NCBI GenBank assembly: GCA_963770045.1
Contig: CAVYOD010000022.1
Location: 41,173-105,172 of the forward strand
DNA from: Candidatus Aminicenantes bacterium
Lineage (GTDB): Bacteria; Acidobacteriota; Aminicenantia; Aminicenantales; CAVYOD01
DNA: 64,000 bases
Direction: 5' to 3'
A model generated the notes under the pieces. The model had not been told where the DNA came from. It did no database searches and saw nothing but the letters and a program-made list of their open reading frames with translations. Position numbers and translations under genes: made by a program. Below, piece after piece: positions 44,835 through 54,003 of the stretch (position 1 is the stretch's first letter; each line of letters begins with the position of its first letter).

Positions 44835-45326
44835 ATGAAAACTCTTGTCCTCGGCTTAGGAAATGACCTCTATGGAGACGACGCGGTGGGACTCCGGGTC
44901 GTCCGGACCCTCAAGGAACAATCCGCCCTCTCTCGAAACCCGGCGGCCGCAAACGAAGAGGTCGGTTTTGAAGAATGCTCTCTGACGGGCCTTGCCCTCC
45001 TCGACGTTATCATCGGCTACGATGCGCTCGTGATCATCGATACGATCAAGAAACCGGATCCCCTGACCGGCCGGATCCATGTCCTCGACGGAAAAGACCT
45101 GCGGGCCATCCCCGGACCTTCCCCCCATTATGTCTCCGTGCCCCAGATGATCGAGATCGGCCGAGCCTCGGGAGTCCATGTGCCGTCCACGATCAAGGTC
45201 GTCGCCGTCGAAGCCAAAAACATCTACAATCTGGGTGAGGGGCTGAGCCCGGAGATGCGAAAGAGCATCCCTGCGGTCATCAAAAAAGTGAAAGAAGTCC
45301 TGATCTCCCTAAAAGGTAATAACTGA
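44835..45326 (+). CDS. stand-alone hydrogenase maturation endopeptidase (HyaD/HybD/HycI family)
   Basis: 163-aa ORF. LVLGLGNDLYGDDAVG, LVIIDTIK, SPHYVS, VVAVEAK..LSPEM. Confidence 0.85.
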   Translation: MKTLVLGLGNDLYGDDAVGLRVVRTLKEQSALSRNPAAANEEVGFEECSLTGLALLDVIIGYDALVIIDTIKKPDPLTGRIHVLDGKDLRAIPGPSPHYVSVPQMIEIGRASGVHVPSTIKVVAVEAKNIYNLGEGLSPEMRKSIPAVIKKVKEVLISLKGNN

Positions 45327-45394
45327 AAATGAGGATACCCGTTCGGTGGCCCGGCCGCTCAAATCCGGCGTTTAAAAAGAATAAAGAAAAGAAG

Positions 45395-46075
45395 ATGAAT
45401 AAAGTCGTGAAGAAGGAAATCACGGTCTTGGAGGATATCCTCGGCTCGAACAAGAAGATCGCTTCGGAGATCAGGAAAAAACTGGAAGAAAGAGGCATCT
45501 TGACCATAAATCTCATGAGTTCCCCCGGTGCCGGAAAAACGACCCTGCTCGAGGCGATCGCCGAACGGCTCAAACCTCATTCCCGGATGGCCGTGGTCGA
45601 GGGCGATATCGAGACAGAACGCGACGCCGAAAGGATCCGCGCCAAGGGAATCCCGGCCTGGCAGATCACGACCGGCGGCGCCTGCCATCTGGAGGCCAAA
45701 ATGCTGGCCAAGATCTTCCCGCAAATCCCGGAAGACCTGGATTTCCTGTTCATCGAAAACGTAGGCAATCTGGTCTGTCCGGCGAGCTACGACCTAGGTG
45801 AGAACCTCCGCTGCGTCCTCCTTTCTTCTCCCGAGGGGGATGACAAGCCCAAAAAATATCCCAAGGCCTTTATCTCGTCCCATTGTCTGATCATTACAAA
45901 GGCGGATCTCGTGCCTCTCGTTCCCTTCGACCCAGAAAAAGCCATGAAAGAGGCTCTCGAGCTAAACCCCAAACTGAAAGTGTTTATCGTCTCGGCCCTG
46001 ACCGGAGCAGGTGTCGACGACCTCGTCGAGTATTTCCGATCAGAACTCTTGAAGTTGAAAAAAGCCGATGCATGA
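45395..46075 (+). CDS. hypB: hydrogenase nickel-incorporation GTPase HypB
   Basis: P-loop SSPGAGKTTLL, EGDIETERDAERI, ENVGNLVCP, ITKADL. Start could alternatively be the ATG at 45329. Confidence 0.88.
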   Translation: MNKVVKKEITVLEDILGSNKKIASEIRKKLEERGILTINLMSSPGAGKTTLLEAIAERLKPHSRMAVVEGDIETERDAERIRAKGIPAWQITTGGACHLEAKMLAKIFPQIPEDLDFLFIENVGNLVCPASYDLGENLRCVLLSSPEGDDKPKKYPKAFISSHCLIITKADLVPLVPFDPEKAMKEALELNPKLKVFIVSALTGAGVDDLVEYFRSELLKLKKADA

Positions 46076-46412
46076 ACTTTCGATCATCGCCAGCCTGTTC
46101 GACATCCTCCTCGAAAAAGCAAAGGAGCAGAACGCCAAAAAGATCGTCCGCGTCATCCTCAAAGTCGGCCGCTTGTCGGGCGCTGTTCCCGACTTCTTAG
46201 AATCGTCCTTCGACATTTATAAGAAGGATACTCTGGCCGAGGAGGCTATCCTGGAGGTTACGGCCGTCCCGCTCAAAGTCCGCTGCGCACCCTGCGGGAC
46301 GGAGACCATCAAGGATGATTATATCTTTGTCTGCCCGGCCTGCGGCTCGACAGACCTCAAGATCATTGAAGGAACCGAGCTGTTATTGGAGAAGATCGAA
46401 TTAGAGGTTTAA
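46068..46412 (+). CDS. hypA: hydrogenase nickel-insertion protein HypA
   Basis: 114-aa ORF. MHELSI N-terminus (Ni site) and CAPCG...CPACG zinc motif. Confidence 0.9.
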   Translation: MHELSIIASLFDILLEKAKEQNAKKIVRVILKVGRLSGAVPDFLESSFDIYKKDTLAEEAILEVTAVPLKVRCAPCGTETIKDDYIFVCPACGSTDLKIIEGTELLLEKIELEV

Positions 46413-46435
46413 CTGGGGGACGTTCGGCCTGCTCT

Positions 46436-46522
46436 GAAGAGGCGTGCCTGTTTCCTTCCCTGATTCCCAGGGAGGGTTGGGTAGGTTAATATCGCTAATT
46501 AAGATTCCTGAGACGCCTCTTC
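46436..46522. repeat. structured ~90-nt repeat element, copy C
   Basis: 10-bp terminal inverted repeat GAAGAGGCGT / ACGCCTCTTC. Inner hairpin CCCTGATTCCCAGGG. Core GGGTAGGTTAATATCGCTAATTAAGATTCCTGAGACGC alignable with copies at 7014-7208. Confidence 0.55.
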
Positions 46523-46573
46523 AAGCAAGAGATAATCTTCCGAAGTCGCGCTTACGGACTCTGAATAGACAGA

Positions 46574-48349
46574 CTATTTCGCGTCGCTCAGCACGCCCTC
46601 GATCTCAGAAAAGATCTGCTCGTCCTTGAAGTGCCTCTGATAGGAGGCGGAACTCGGGCAGGCCGCGACACAGGTCCCACAGCCCTTGCAGAGGGCCTCG
46701 ATCACCTTGGAAATATTCTCTTCGGCTGAAAATTCGATCGCGCTGTAGGGACAGAGGTCGTTGCAGACCCGGCAGCCGGCGCAGAGCTCAGGGTCGATGT
46801 AGGCCGTGATCGGCGCGATCTCGACCTCGCCCTTGGCGATGACGGCAAGGATCCGGGCCGCGGCAGAACTGGCCTGAGCGACCGTATCGGGAATATCCTT
46901 AGGCCCCTGGCAACAGCCGGCGATAAAGACCCCATCCGTGGCCGTGGCTGTGGGGTCAAGCTTGGGATGCTTTTCCAGGAAGAATCCATCCGGGCTCCGG
47001 CTGATCGAAAAGAGCCGCTGGATCCTGTCCGCGTCCTTCTGGGGCTCGACGGCGCCGCAGAGGATAACGGCATCTACCGGGATTTCCCGGAATTTCCTGA
47101 TCAGAGTATCTTCGCACCGAACAAGCAAGACTCCTTCATCTTTCTTCGACCAGCTCGCCTTCACGACCTCGGCCACCCGGCCGCGGATGACATTGACACC
47201 CTCGTCCAGGATCCGGCTGTAGAATTCCTCGTAGCCTTTTCCGAAGGCTCGCATGTCGATGTAGAACTGATAGACCTCGGCACCCTCCATCCGGTCCCTG
47301 ATCAGATGGGCGAACTTCAGGGCGTACATGCAGCAAATGCGCGAACAATAGGCATGGTGGTTGATATCACGTGAGCCGACGCAATGGACGATGGCCACCG
47401 CTCTGGGCTCCTTGCCGTTTTTGAGGAGGATTTTGCCTCCGGTCGGCCCAGAGGAATTGAGCATGTACTCCACCTCGAGGCTTGTATAGACGTTATCCAG
47501 CTGGCCGTAGCCGTACTCGGCCATCTTACGGGCGTCGAACAGATCATATCCGGTGGTGAGCAGGATCTGACCGACCTCGAACTCATCGAAGCGCGGCTCC
47601 TGTTTGTGGTTGATGGCCATGGGCTCGCAGACTCTCTCGCAGATTTTGCATCCGCCCGTCTTGAAATGGATACAGGCCTCCTCGTCGATCACCGGGATCT
47701 TGGGGACGGCCTGGAAAGTGGGAATGTAGATCGCACTTTCGGGCCCGAGGGTGAATTCCCTCGTCTCTCCCGGGCGCTCCCAGGACGGCTCGATCCGGAT
47801 GTGCTTGGTCGGACACACGGCGGCGCAGGCGCCACAGCCGATGCAGGCCTCGGTATCGATCTCGAAGGGAGTGCAGATCTCGCGGTGGACTCCTCGTCCT
47901 TCCCAGCCGATCGCGTTCGCCTGGACGACTTCGCTGCACATCCGGACGCAGAGGCCGCAGCCGATGCAGGTCTCGTTGAGTTTCTTGAACCTGGTTTCCT
48001 TGACTCCGTATTCTTCGGCCAGCGCCTTGATAACATCCACCTCGGGGCAACGGGCCAGGAGGAGCTCCAGAATCAGCTTCCGATTCTCGATGACCCAGTC
48101 GGTGTTCGTGAAGATCTCTTCTCCCTCCTGGGCGGGGTAATTGCAGGCCGTGACCAGCCGTTTTTTGCGCCCCTTGCGCATCTCCACCGAACAGACCCGG
48201 CAGCTCCCGTAAGGCTCGAGGAAGTCCCAGTGGCAGAGGGTCGGGATGCGGATCCCCAACTGAGCGGCCAGCTTGATCACCGGGGTTCCCCGGGGAGCTT
48301 TGACCTCGTTTCCGTCTATCTTCAGGGTGACGATCTTCTTTTCTTCCAT
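46574..48349 (-). CDS. second [2Fe-2S]/2x[4Fe-4S]::HdrA C-part fusion protein (paralogue of 29357-31114)
   Basis: 591-aa ORF, colinear with the locus-1 fusion. IPTLCHWD..CRVCSVE, CIGCGLCVRMC, CIGCGACAAVCP, AIYIPTFQAVPKIPVIDEEACIHFKTGGCKICERVC, HCVGSRD..YCSRICCMYALK, CKGCGTCVAACP. Confidence 0.8.
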   Translation of the reverse strand: MEEKKIVTLKIDGNEVKAPRGTPVIKLAAQLGIRIPTLCHWDFLEPYGSCRVCSVEMRKGRKKRLVTACNYPAQEGEEIFTNTDWVIENRKLILELLLARCPEVDVIKALAEEYGVKETRFKKLNETCIGCGLCVRMCSEVVQANAIGWEGRGVHREICTPFEIDTEACIGCGACAAVCPTKHIRIEPSWERPGETREFTLGPESAIYIPTFQAVPKIPVIDEEACIHFKTGGCKICERVCEPMAINHKQEPRFDEFEVGQILLTTGYDLFDARKMAEYGYGQLDNVYTSLEVEYMLNSSGPTGGKILLKNGKEPRAVAIVHCVGSRDINHHAYCSRICCMYALKFAHLIRDRMEGAEVYQFYIDMRAFGKGYEEFYSRILDEGVNVIRGRVAEVVKASWSKKDEGVLLVRCEDTLIRKFREIPVDAVILCGAVEPQKDADRIQRLFSISRSPDGFFLEKHPKLDPTATATDGVFIAGCCQGPKDIPDTVAQASSAAARILAVIAKGEVEIAPITAYIDPELCAGCRVCNDLCPYSAIEFSAEENISKVIEALCKGCGTCVAACPSSASYQRHFKDEQIFSEIEGVLSDAK

Positions 48350-48358
48350 GGTCTCCTC

Positions 48359-50203
48359 CTAACTCTTTTTGATGGCGTCGAACTTGCAGAGGGAATAACA
48401 GACGTCACACTTGATGCACTTGGACTGGTCGATCTTGTGGGGCTTCTGCTTTTCGCCGGAGATCGCGCTGGACGGACAGTTGCGTCCACAGATCATGCAG
48501 CCGGTGCAGAGCCCTGGATCGATCGACAGGTCATAGAGAGCCGAGCAGACGCCCGCCGGGCACTTCTTGTCGCGGATGTGGACCTCGTATTCATCGCGGA
48601 AATACTTGAGCGAGGAGAGAACCGGGTTCGGCGCGCTCTGGCCCAGGGCACAGAGAGAGGCCGCGATCATGGTCTTGGACATATCCTCCAGGGTTTTGAG
48701 GTCGGCTTCGGTGCCTTCGCCCTTGCAGATTTTTTCCAGCACATCGAGCATGTGCCTCAGCCCTTCCCGGCAGGGGATGCATTTCCCGCAGGACTCCTCC
48801 TGAAGGAAGTTGATGAAATACTTGGCCATGTCGACGATGCAGGAAGACTCGTCGCCGACGACCATGCCTCCCGAGCCCATCATCGAGCCGGCCTCGGTCA
48901 GGCTGTCAAAATCGACCGGCAAGTCGAGCAGGCTCCCGGGCAGGAATCCGCCGGAGGGCCCTCCTGTCTGGACGTACTTGAATTTCCTTCCTTTCTCCAG
49001 GCCGCCGCCGATGTTGAAGATGATCTCACGGAGGGTGATGCCCATCGGGACTTCGATCAAGCCGGTGTTGGCGACGTTGCCGGTCAGGGAGAAGACCTTG
49101 GTTCCCTTGCTTCCGCCCCAGGGATTGTTGGTGACATCGCCCGTGCCGATGGTCGTGAACCACTTGGCGCCCTTGTTGATGATGATCGGAACGTTGGCCC
49201 AGGTCTCGACATTATTGAGACAGCTGGGCTTATTCCAGACGCCGTATTCGACGGTGTGGATGTACTTGGCCCTCGGGATTCCGGCCTTGCCTTCGAGCGA
49301 GGCCATCAGGGCAGTGGATTCCCCGCAGACAAAAGCGCCGGCTCCGCGGTGGATCTCCATGTCAAAGTCGAAACCAGTGCCCAGGATGTCTTTCCCCAGA
49401 AGTCCGTACTCCCGGGCCTGTTTGATCGCGATGTTGAGCTTGTCGCAGGCCAGTGGATACTCCTTGCGGATATAAACATAACCCCGGTGGGCGCCGATGG
49501 CGAAAGCGCCTATCGTCATCCCTTCGATGACGGAATGGGGGTCGGATTCGACAACGCTCCGGTCCATGAAGGCCCCCGGGTCGCCTTCGTCGGCGTTGCA
49601 GATAACATACGGCTCTTCACCTCTCTCTTCCCCCGCATGCCGGCAGGTTTCCCATTTGACTCCGGCCGGAAATCCGCCTCCGCCCCTTCCCCGCAGCCCG
49701 GAATCCTTGATCTCCTTGATGATCTGCCGCGGAGTCATCGTGGTCAGAGCCTTGGCCAGGGCGATGTATCCGTCGCGAGCGATATAATCCTCAATCTTCT
49801 CGGGATCGATGAGCCCACGGTTCCGCAGGGCGATCAGAATCTGCTGTTTGAAGAAGGGAATGTCATTAAGGACGGGGATGGGGGTCTTTTCTTCCGGAGG
49901 CGAGTACATGAACTTTTGAACCGGACGGCCCTTGAGGAAGTGCTCCTCCACCAGGTGGGGGATATCCTTGACTGTAAGTTGCTGATAGAAAATATTGCCG
50001 GGCTGGACGACCAGGAGCGGACCACGGGCGCAGAAGCCGTTGCAGCCGGTGTTGACGACCAGAACCTCGTCCTCGAGGTGTTGTTTTTTGATCTCTTTCT
50101 CTAGGGCGGCTTTGATCTCAAAGGAATTGTTGGAGACGCAGCTTGTGCCCGCGCAAACCATGAGCTGGACTCGATAAACCTTGTCTTTTGCTTTCTCCGC
50201 CAT
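48359..50203 (-). CDS. second NuoF/HydB-like flavoprotein (paralogue of 27507-29345)
   Basis: Start at ATG 50203 (GAGGAGG RBS). About 80% identical by eye to the locus-1 protein over the first ~155 aa. Same FMN/NADH and Fe-S motifs. Confidence 0.9.
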   Translation of the reverse strand: MAEKAKDKVYRVQLMVCAGTSCVSNNSFEIKAALEKEIKKQHLEDEVLVVNTGCNGFCARGPLLVVQPGNIFYQQLTVKDIPHLVEEHFLKGRPVQKFMYSPPEEKTPIPVLNDIPFFKQQILIALRNRGLIDPEKIEDYIARDGYIALAKALTTMTPRQIIKEIKDSGLRGRGGGGFPAGVKWETCRHAGEERGEEPYVICNADEGDPGAFMDRSVVESDPHSVIEGMTIGAFAIGAHRGYVYIRKEYPLACDKLNIAIKQAREYGLLGKDILGTGFDFDMEIHRGAGAFVCGESTALMASLEGKAGIPRAKYIHTVEYGVWNKPSCLNNVETWANVPIIINKGAKWFTTIGTGDVTNNPWGGSKGTKVFSLTGNVANTGLIEVPMGITLREIIFNIGGGLEKGRKFKYVQTGGPSGGFLPGSLLDLPVDFDSLTEAGSMMGSGGMVVGDESSCIVDMAKYFINFLQEESCGKCIPCREGLRHMLDVLEKICKGEGTEADLKTLEDMSKTMIAASLCALGQSAPNPVLSSLKYFRDEYEVHIRDKKCPAGVCSALYDLSIDPGLCTGCMICGRNCPSSAISGEKQKPHKIDQSKCIKCDVCYSLCKFDAIKKS

Positions 50204-50217
50204 TGTATGGCTCCTCC

Positions 50218-50607
50218 TCAATAATCCGTTTTCTCGCTGCCCATGCCCAGGGCGTATTCCTTGACGATCGCTCCGCCCAGGACGTGCTTCTCAAAAATCT
50301 CCTTGATCTTCTTCTCATCGAGGTCGATGTACTTCACCGGGGCTTGGTCCTTGATCTCGATCGTGACCATGGGCTCATGGCTGCAGAGTCCGGCGCAGCC
50401 CGAGTTGACAAGCAGGACATCGCGCACATTCTTGGCCTCGATCTCCTTGAGCAGGACGTTCATGATCGTCCTCGCGCCCGCGGCGATCCCGCAGGTCCCC
50501 ATGTGGACGTTGACTTTGGCCCGGTATTCCCCGCCCTCGCGGAGCGAGACCGTTTTCCTCGCCGCGTCCCTTATCTTGGCCAGGTCTTCTATTTTGAGCT
50601 TAGCCAT
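50218..50607 (-). CDS. second thioredoxin-like [2Fe-2S] ferredoxin
   Basis: 129-aa ORF. VNVHMGTCGIAAGA...SGCAGLCSHEPM. Colinear with 27110-27499. Confidence 0.8.
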   Translation of the reverse strand: MAKLKIEDLAKIRDAARKTVSLREGGEYRAKVNVHMGTCGIAAGARTIMNVLLKEIEAKNVRDVLLVNSGCAGLCSHEPMVTIEIKDQAPVKYIDLDEKKIKEIFEKHVLGGAIVKEYALGMGSEKTDY

Positions 50608-50619
50608 CTTATCCCCTCC

Positions 50620-51081
50620 TCACTTTTTGTATTTTTTCAGGATCGCCGGGACTTTGGATTGGGAAACCTTGCCGAAGACGTCCTTCCCGACCGTGATCAC
50701 GGGCGCGATCCCGCAGCAGCCGAGGCAGCGGGCCACGTCCAGGCTGAACTGTTTGTCATCGCTCGTTTCCCCCTCCTTGATGTTGAGCTCTCTCACGAGC
50801 GAATCGAAGACGAGCTTGGCCCCGCGGACGTGACAGGCTGTGCCCAGGCAGACCTGGATCGGATGCTTTCCCTTCGGCTTCAGACTGAAGGCCCTGTAAT
50901 AGGTAGCGACCTCGTAAATCTGGTTCAAGGGAATAGCCAAAACCTTGGAGATCTCAACCAGGACCTCTCGCGGCAGATAGCTGTACACATCCTGGACATC
51001 CTGAAGGATCTCGATCAGAAAGTCCTTGCGGATTTCCCATTTCTTGACGATATCGTTGACGGGGCTAAAATCGATACTCAT
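50620..51081 (-). CDS. second NuoE/HydC-like [2Fe-2S] subunit
   Basis: 153-aa ORF. ATYYRAFSLKPKGKHPIQVCLGTACHVRG...CLGCCGIAPV. Confidence 0.88.
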   Translation of the reverse strand: MSIDFSPVNDIVKKWEIRKDFLIEILQDVQDVYSYLPREVLVEISKVLAIPLNQIYEVATYYRAFSLKPKGKHPIQVCLGTACHVRGAKLVFDSLVRELNIKEGETSDDKQFSLDVARCLGCCGIAPVITVGKDVFGKVSQSKVPAILKKYKK

Positions 51082-51112
51082 GATGCCTCCCTCGTAGGAT
51101 TCGTATGAAGCC

Positions 51113-51958
51113 TCATTTCAGTTCTTTGACCACCTGGTCGGCCAGTTTGATCACGCGGCGCCTGGGGATGCGAGTCGCCGGACAGCTGTTATAGCAGATA
51201 CCGCAGCCCGTGCATTTGGTCTCATCCACATAGCGCGGCTTGCGGAGAACCTTGACCTTGAAATTCCCGATCGATCCGGATACGTTGTCCACCTCGCTCC
51301 AGCTGAGGAGGTGGATGTTCTTGCGCTGTCCCACGCTCACCATCTTGGGCGTGAGGATGCAGGCCGAGCAGTCCAGAGTTGGGAAGGTCTTATCCAGCAG
51401 GGCCATCTTGCCGCCGATCGAGGGCTCTTTCTCCACGAGATAGACTTCGCTGCCGGACTCGGAGATCTCCAGGGCCGCCTGGATTCCGGCCACTCCGCCC
51501 CCGACGACGAGCGTCGCCGGGTTGATCTTCACCTTCTTCGCCTCGAGCGGCTCGTTGTAGTAAACCCGGCGCACCGCCGCGACCACCAGCAGCTTTGCCT
51601 TTTCGGTGGCCACTTTCCTGTCTTTGTGCACCCAGGAGCAGTGCTCGCGGATGTTGGACATCTGAAAGAGGTAGCGGTTCAGCCCGCCCGTCTCGCAGGT
51701 CTTCTGAAAGGTCGGCTCGTGCATCAGCGGCGAACAGGAGGCGACAACGACGCGGTTGACGCCGAGCTCCCGGATGTCCTTCCGAATCAACTCTTGTCCC
51801 GGGTCCGAGCACATGAACTTGTACTCCCGGGCGATCGCCACGTGAGGCTGCTTGGCGATATAATCCCTGACCGCGACGACGTCCACCGTCTGGGCGATGT
51901 TGGAGCCGCAGTGGCAGATATAGACTCCGATCTTTCTTTCACCGCCGTTGGTTTTCAT
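51113..51958 (-). CDS. hdrA: second HdrA N-terminal part (281 aa)
   Basis: GVYICHCGSNIAQTV, VASCSPLMHE, LVVGGGVAGIQAAL, FPTLDCSACILTPK. Ends with CTGCGICYNSCP, the same break point as locus 1. Confidence 0.8.
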   Translation of the reverse strand: MKTNGGERKIGVYICHCGSNIAQTVDVVAVRDYIAKQPHVAIAREYKFMCSDPGQELIRKDIRELGVNRVVVASCSPLMHEPTFQKTCETGGLNRYLFQMSNIREHCSWVHKDRKVATEKAKLLVVAAVRRVYYNEPLEAKKVKINPATLVVGGGVAGIQAALEISESGSEVYLVEKEPSIGGKMALLDKTFPTLDCSACILTPKMVSVGQRKNIHLLSWSEVDNVSGSIGNFKVKVLRKPRYVDETKCTGCGICYNSCPATRIPRRRVIKLADQVVKELK

Positions 51959-52825
51959 ATCTGGCCTCCTGTAATCTCCTTGCCCACGGGAACGAGATTC
52001 TGGCTGAAACCGATCTCATCCCGGTTTGCTCCCAGGGCGAAGGCTAAAAGCTGGGTAAAAAACAATATCGGCATTTTGAACTTGGTGTTGAATTTCTTGT
52101 TGATCTTGTCTTGATAGCCGTCGAGGTTGATTTGGCAGAGCGGGCAGGTCGTGACCAGGCAGTCCGCCCCGCCCTCGGTGGCGCACTCGATAATCTCCTT
52201 GTTGAGCTTGAGGGCGACCTCGGGGAACGTCGTCATCAGCATTCCTCCGCAGCAGCGGACCTTCATCGGGAAATAGACGTTCTGGGCTCCCAGGGCCTCA
52301 AACAGCCGGTCCATGGTCGTCGGGTTTTCCTTGTCATCAAAAACACCGTCGGGACGGACGATCTGACAGCCGTAGTATTGGGCGATCTTGAGTCCCTTCA
52401 AGCTCCGAGTCGTTTTGGCCAGGATCTTTTCCAGGCCGATATCATTCACCAAGACATCCAGGGGATGCCGGACCTTGACCCCGAGGTTATACTTCAGCCC
52501 GTCACGTTTCAGAGACTGGTCGACCTTGGCTTTGAGGACGAAGTTGTCTTTCAGGATCTTGTTTGTTTTGTTGAGGATCGTATAACAAGAGCTGCAGGGC
52601 GCGACCAGATCGCCCGCTCAGTTTTTCAGCCAGAGCAAGGTTTCGGGCCGAAAACACAAGAGAGATGGTTTCTTTTATGGACATATACATCGTTGCCCCG
52701 CAGCAGTTCCAGTCCTCGATCTCCTCGAGCTCCTGTCCCAGCGCTTTGAAGACATAGCGGGTTGACCAATCGTAACATTTGGATGATGATTCCAAGCTGC
52801 ATCCCGGATAATAAGCATAAGTCAT
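51955..52825 (-). pseudogene. hdrB: second HdrB-like CCG-domain protein, one frameshift as sequenced
   Basis: ORFs 52502-52825 and 51955-52452 join if one G is removed from the minus-strand GGG run at 52613-52615. Joined reading ...NLALAEKLSGDLVAPCSSCYTILNK... is colinear with HdrB of locus 1. Confidence 0.75.
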
Positions 52826-52838
52826 CAGAACCTCCTTG

Positions 52839-53523
52839 TTAGACCTCTTGACCGTTCATGCCGGAAGACGCGATTCTTCTTCGGAAGGTGAGTGAGCGGC
52901 AGGGCAACGCGGTCACAGGGACGATCATCTCCATGATCTCCGCTTCCTTCAAGATCTTGGCGAGCTGTTTTCTCCTTTTGACCATTTTTGGGAAAAAGGC
53001 CGATCCGCCCCTTTTTGAACATCCGAAGGCCAAACGGGGCCATCGCGATCAATTTGAGAGGCTTCTTGGTTTTGAGATAATAAAGCACGAGAAGCCCGAC
53101 CTCATAGCCTCGCCCAAAAAGATTGGTCATGGTCACAAAAGACTTCGACAAAGCGAAAACGGGAAGTTTCTTGGGGAAGAGGTCCTTCTCCATGGCCATC
53201 CGTTTCAAAGCATAAAGGATATCAGTGACCTTAATGCCCATCGGACAGCGGACCGTGCAAGCGTAGCAAGACGCGCAAATCCAGATCGTCCGGCTGTTGA
53301 AAATCGATTCGAGGTCGCCAGCCCGGAAAAGGGCGATAATTTCCCTTGGCGGAATGTCCATGGTATAGCTAACGGGACAGGAACCTGAACATGTTCCGCA
53401 CTGAATACATTTTTTGATCTTATCTCCGCCCGGAATATTCGAGACTTGGTAGAGGAAGGTCGCCCTGAGCTCACTTTCTTTTTTGTCCAAAGCACCGGGT
53501 TCTTTTGATGTATTAAGAGCCAT
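52839..53523 (-). pseudogene. hdrC: second HdrC-like 2x[4Fe-4S] protein, probable frameshift near its 3' end
   Basis: Start at ATG 53523 (GGAGG RBS). CIQCGTCSGSCP and CASCYACTVRCP. After ...KKGRIGLFPK the homologous continuation VKRRKQLAKILKEA (compare KNKKQLRTLLKAV in locus 1) is in another frame. The shift lies in the T5/C3/A5 tract at 52984-52999. Confidence 0.65.
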
Positions 53524-53678
53524 TACTCCTAACCTCCTGTTCCTAAACATGAAGAATGACATAGAGAAACCGAACCTCGTTTTCGGGCCAGCTTGGCTCT
53601 CTCTCTCTTCCTTCCAAACGGACCGTTGAACATGTTCGGACGATTGCGCATAGCACTTCTCTCTGAATCGAAATAACC

Positions 53679-53694
53679 TGCAATTTTAGTACCA
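53679..53694 (-). promoter_or_regulatory. sigma-54 (-24/-12) promoter upstream of hdrC of locus 2
   Basis: Minus strand reads TGGTAC-TAAAA-TTGCA, about 155 nt upstream of ATG 53523. Confidence 0.65.
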
Positions 53695-53772
53695 ACCTCC
53701 AAAATAATCAAGTATTTTCAAGGTTCTTGTAACTTATTGATTTTAAATTTATTATCGGCCTTTGCCGGGACC

Positions 53773-53832
53773 AGGAAAATGCCCATCTTAAAAATGTGAG
53801 GCGTAATTCCCCAATTTATGGCATTTTCTCCC
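53773..53832. promoter_or_regulatory. pair of inverted GGAAAATGCC-type motifs (candidate enhancer sites) upstream of the locus-2 sigma-54 promoter
   Basis: Plus strand GAAAATGCC (53775-53783) and its reverse complement GGCATTTTC (53820-53828). On the promoter strand the distal site reads GGGAGAAAATGCC. Confidence 0.45.
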
Positions 53833-54003
53833 GTTTCTTGAAGTGGAGTCGACATTCTCCCTCAACCGGAGATGGCCTGTTTTGAAGATTCCCCGTTTGT
53901 GATAAAATTAGCTTTTCAGTTTTCAGGTCGAGTCAGAATCATCGTCTTGGCGGGAGTTCTCACGTCCTGAAAAACGTCGTGCCTTTTTTTACAGGAGTTT
54001 AAT

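Noticed and set aside
47384-50104. 906-aa ORF on the plus strand
   Set aside because: It is antisense to the locus-2 fusion and NuoF-like genes, with a repetitive G/D/L/A-rich translation and no motifs. It spans two real genes on the other strand.
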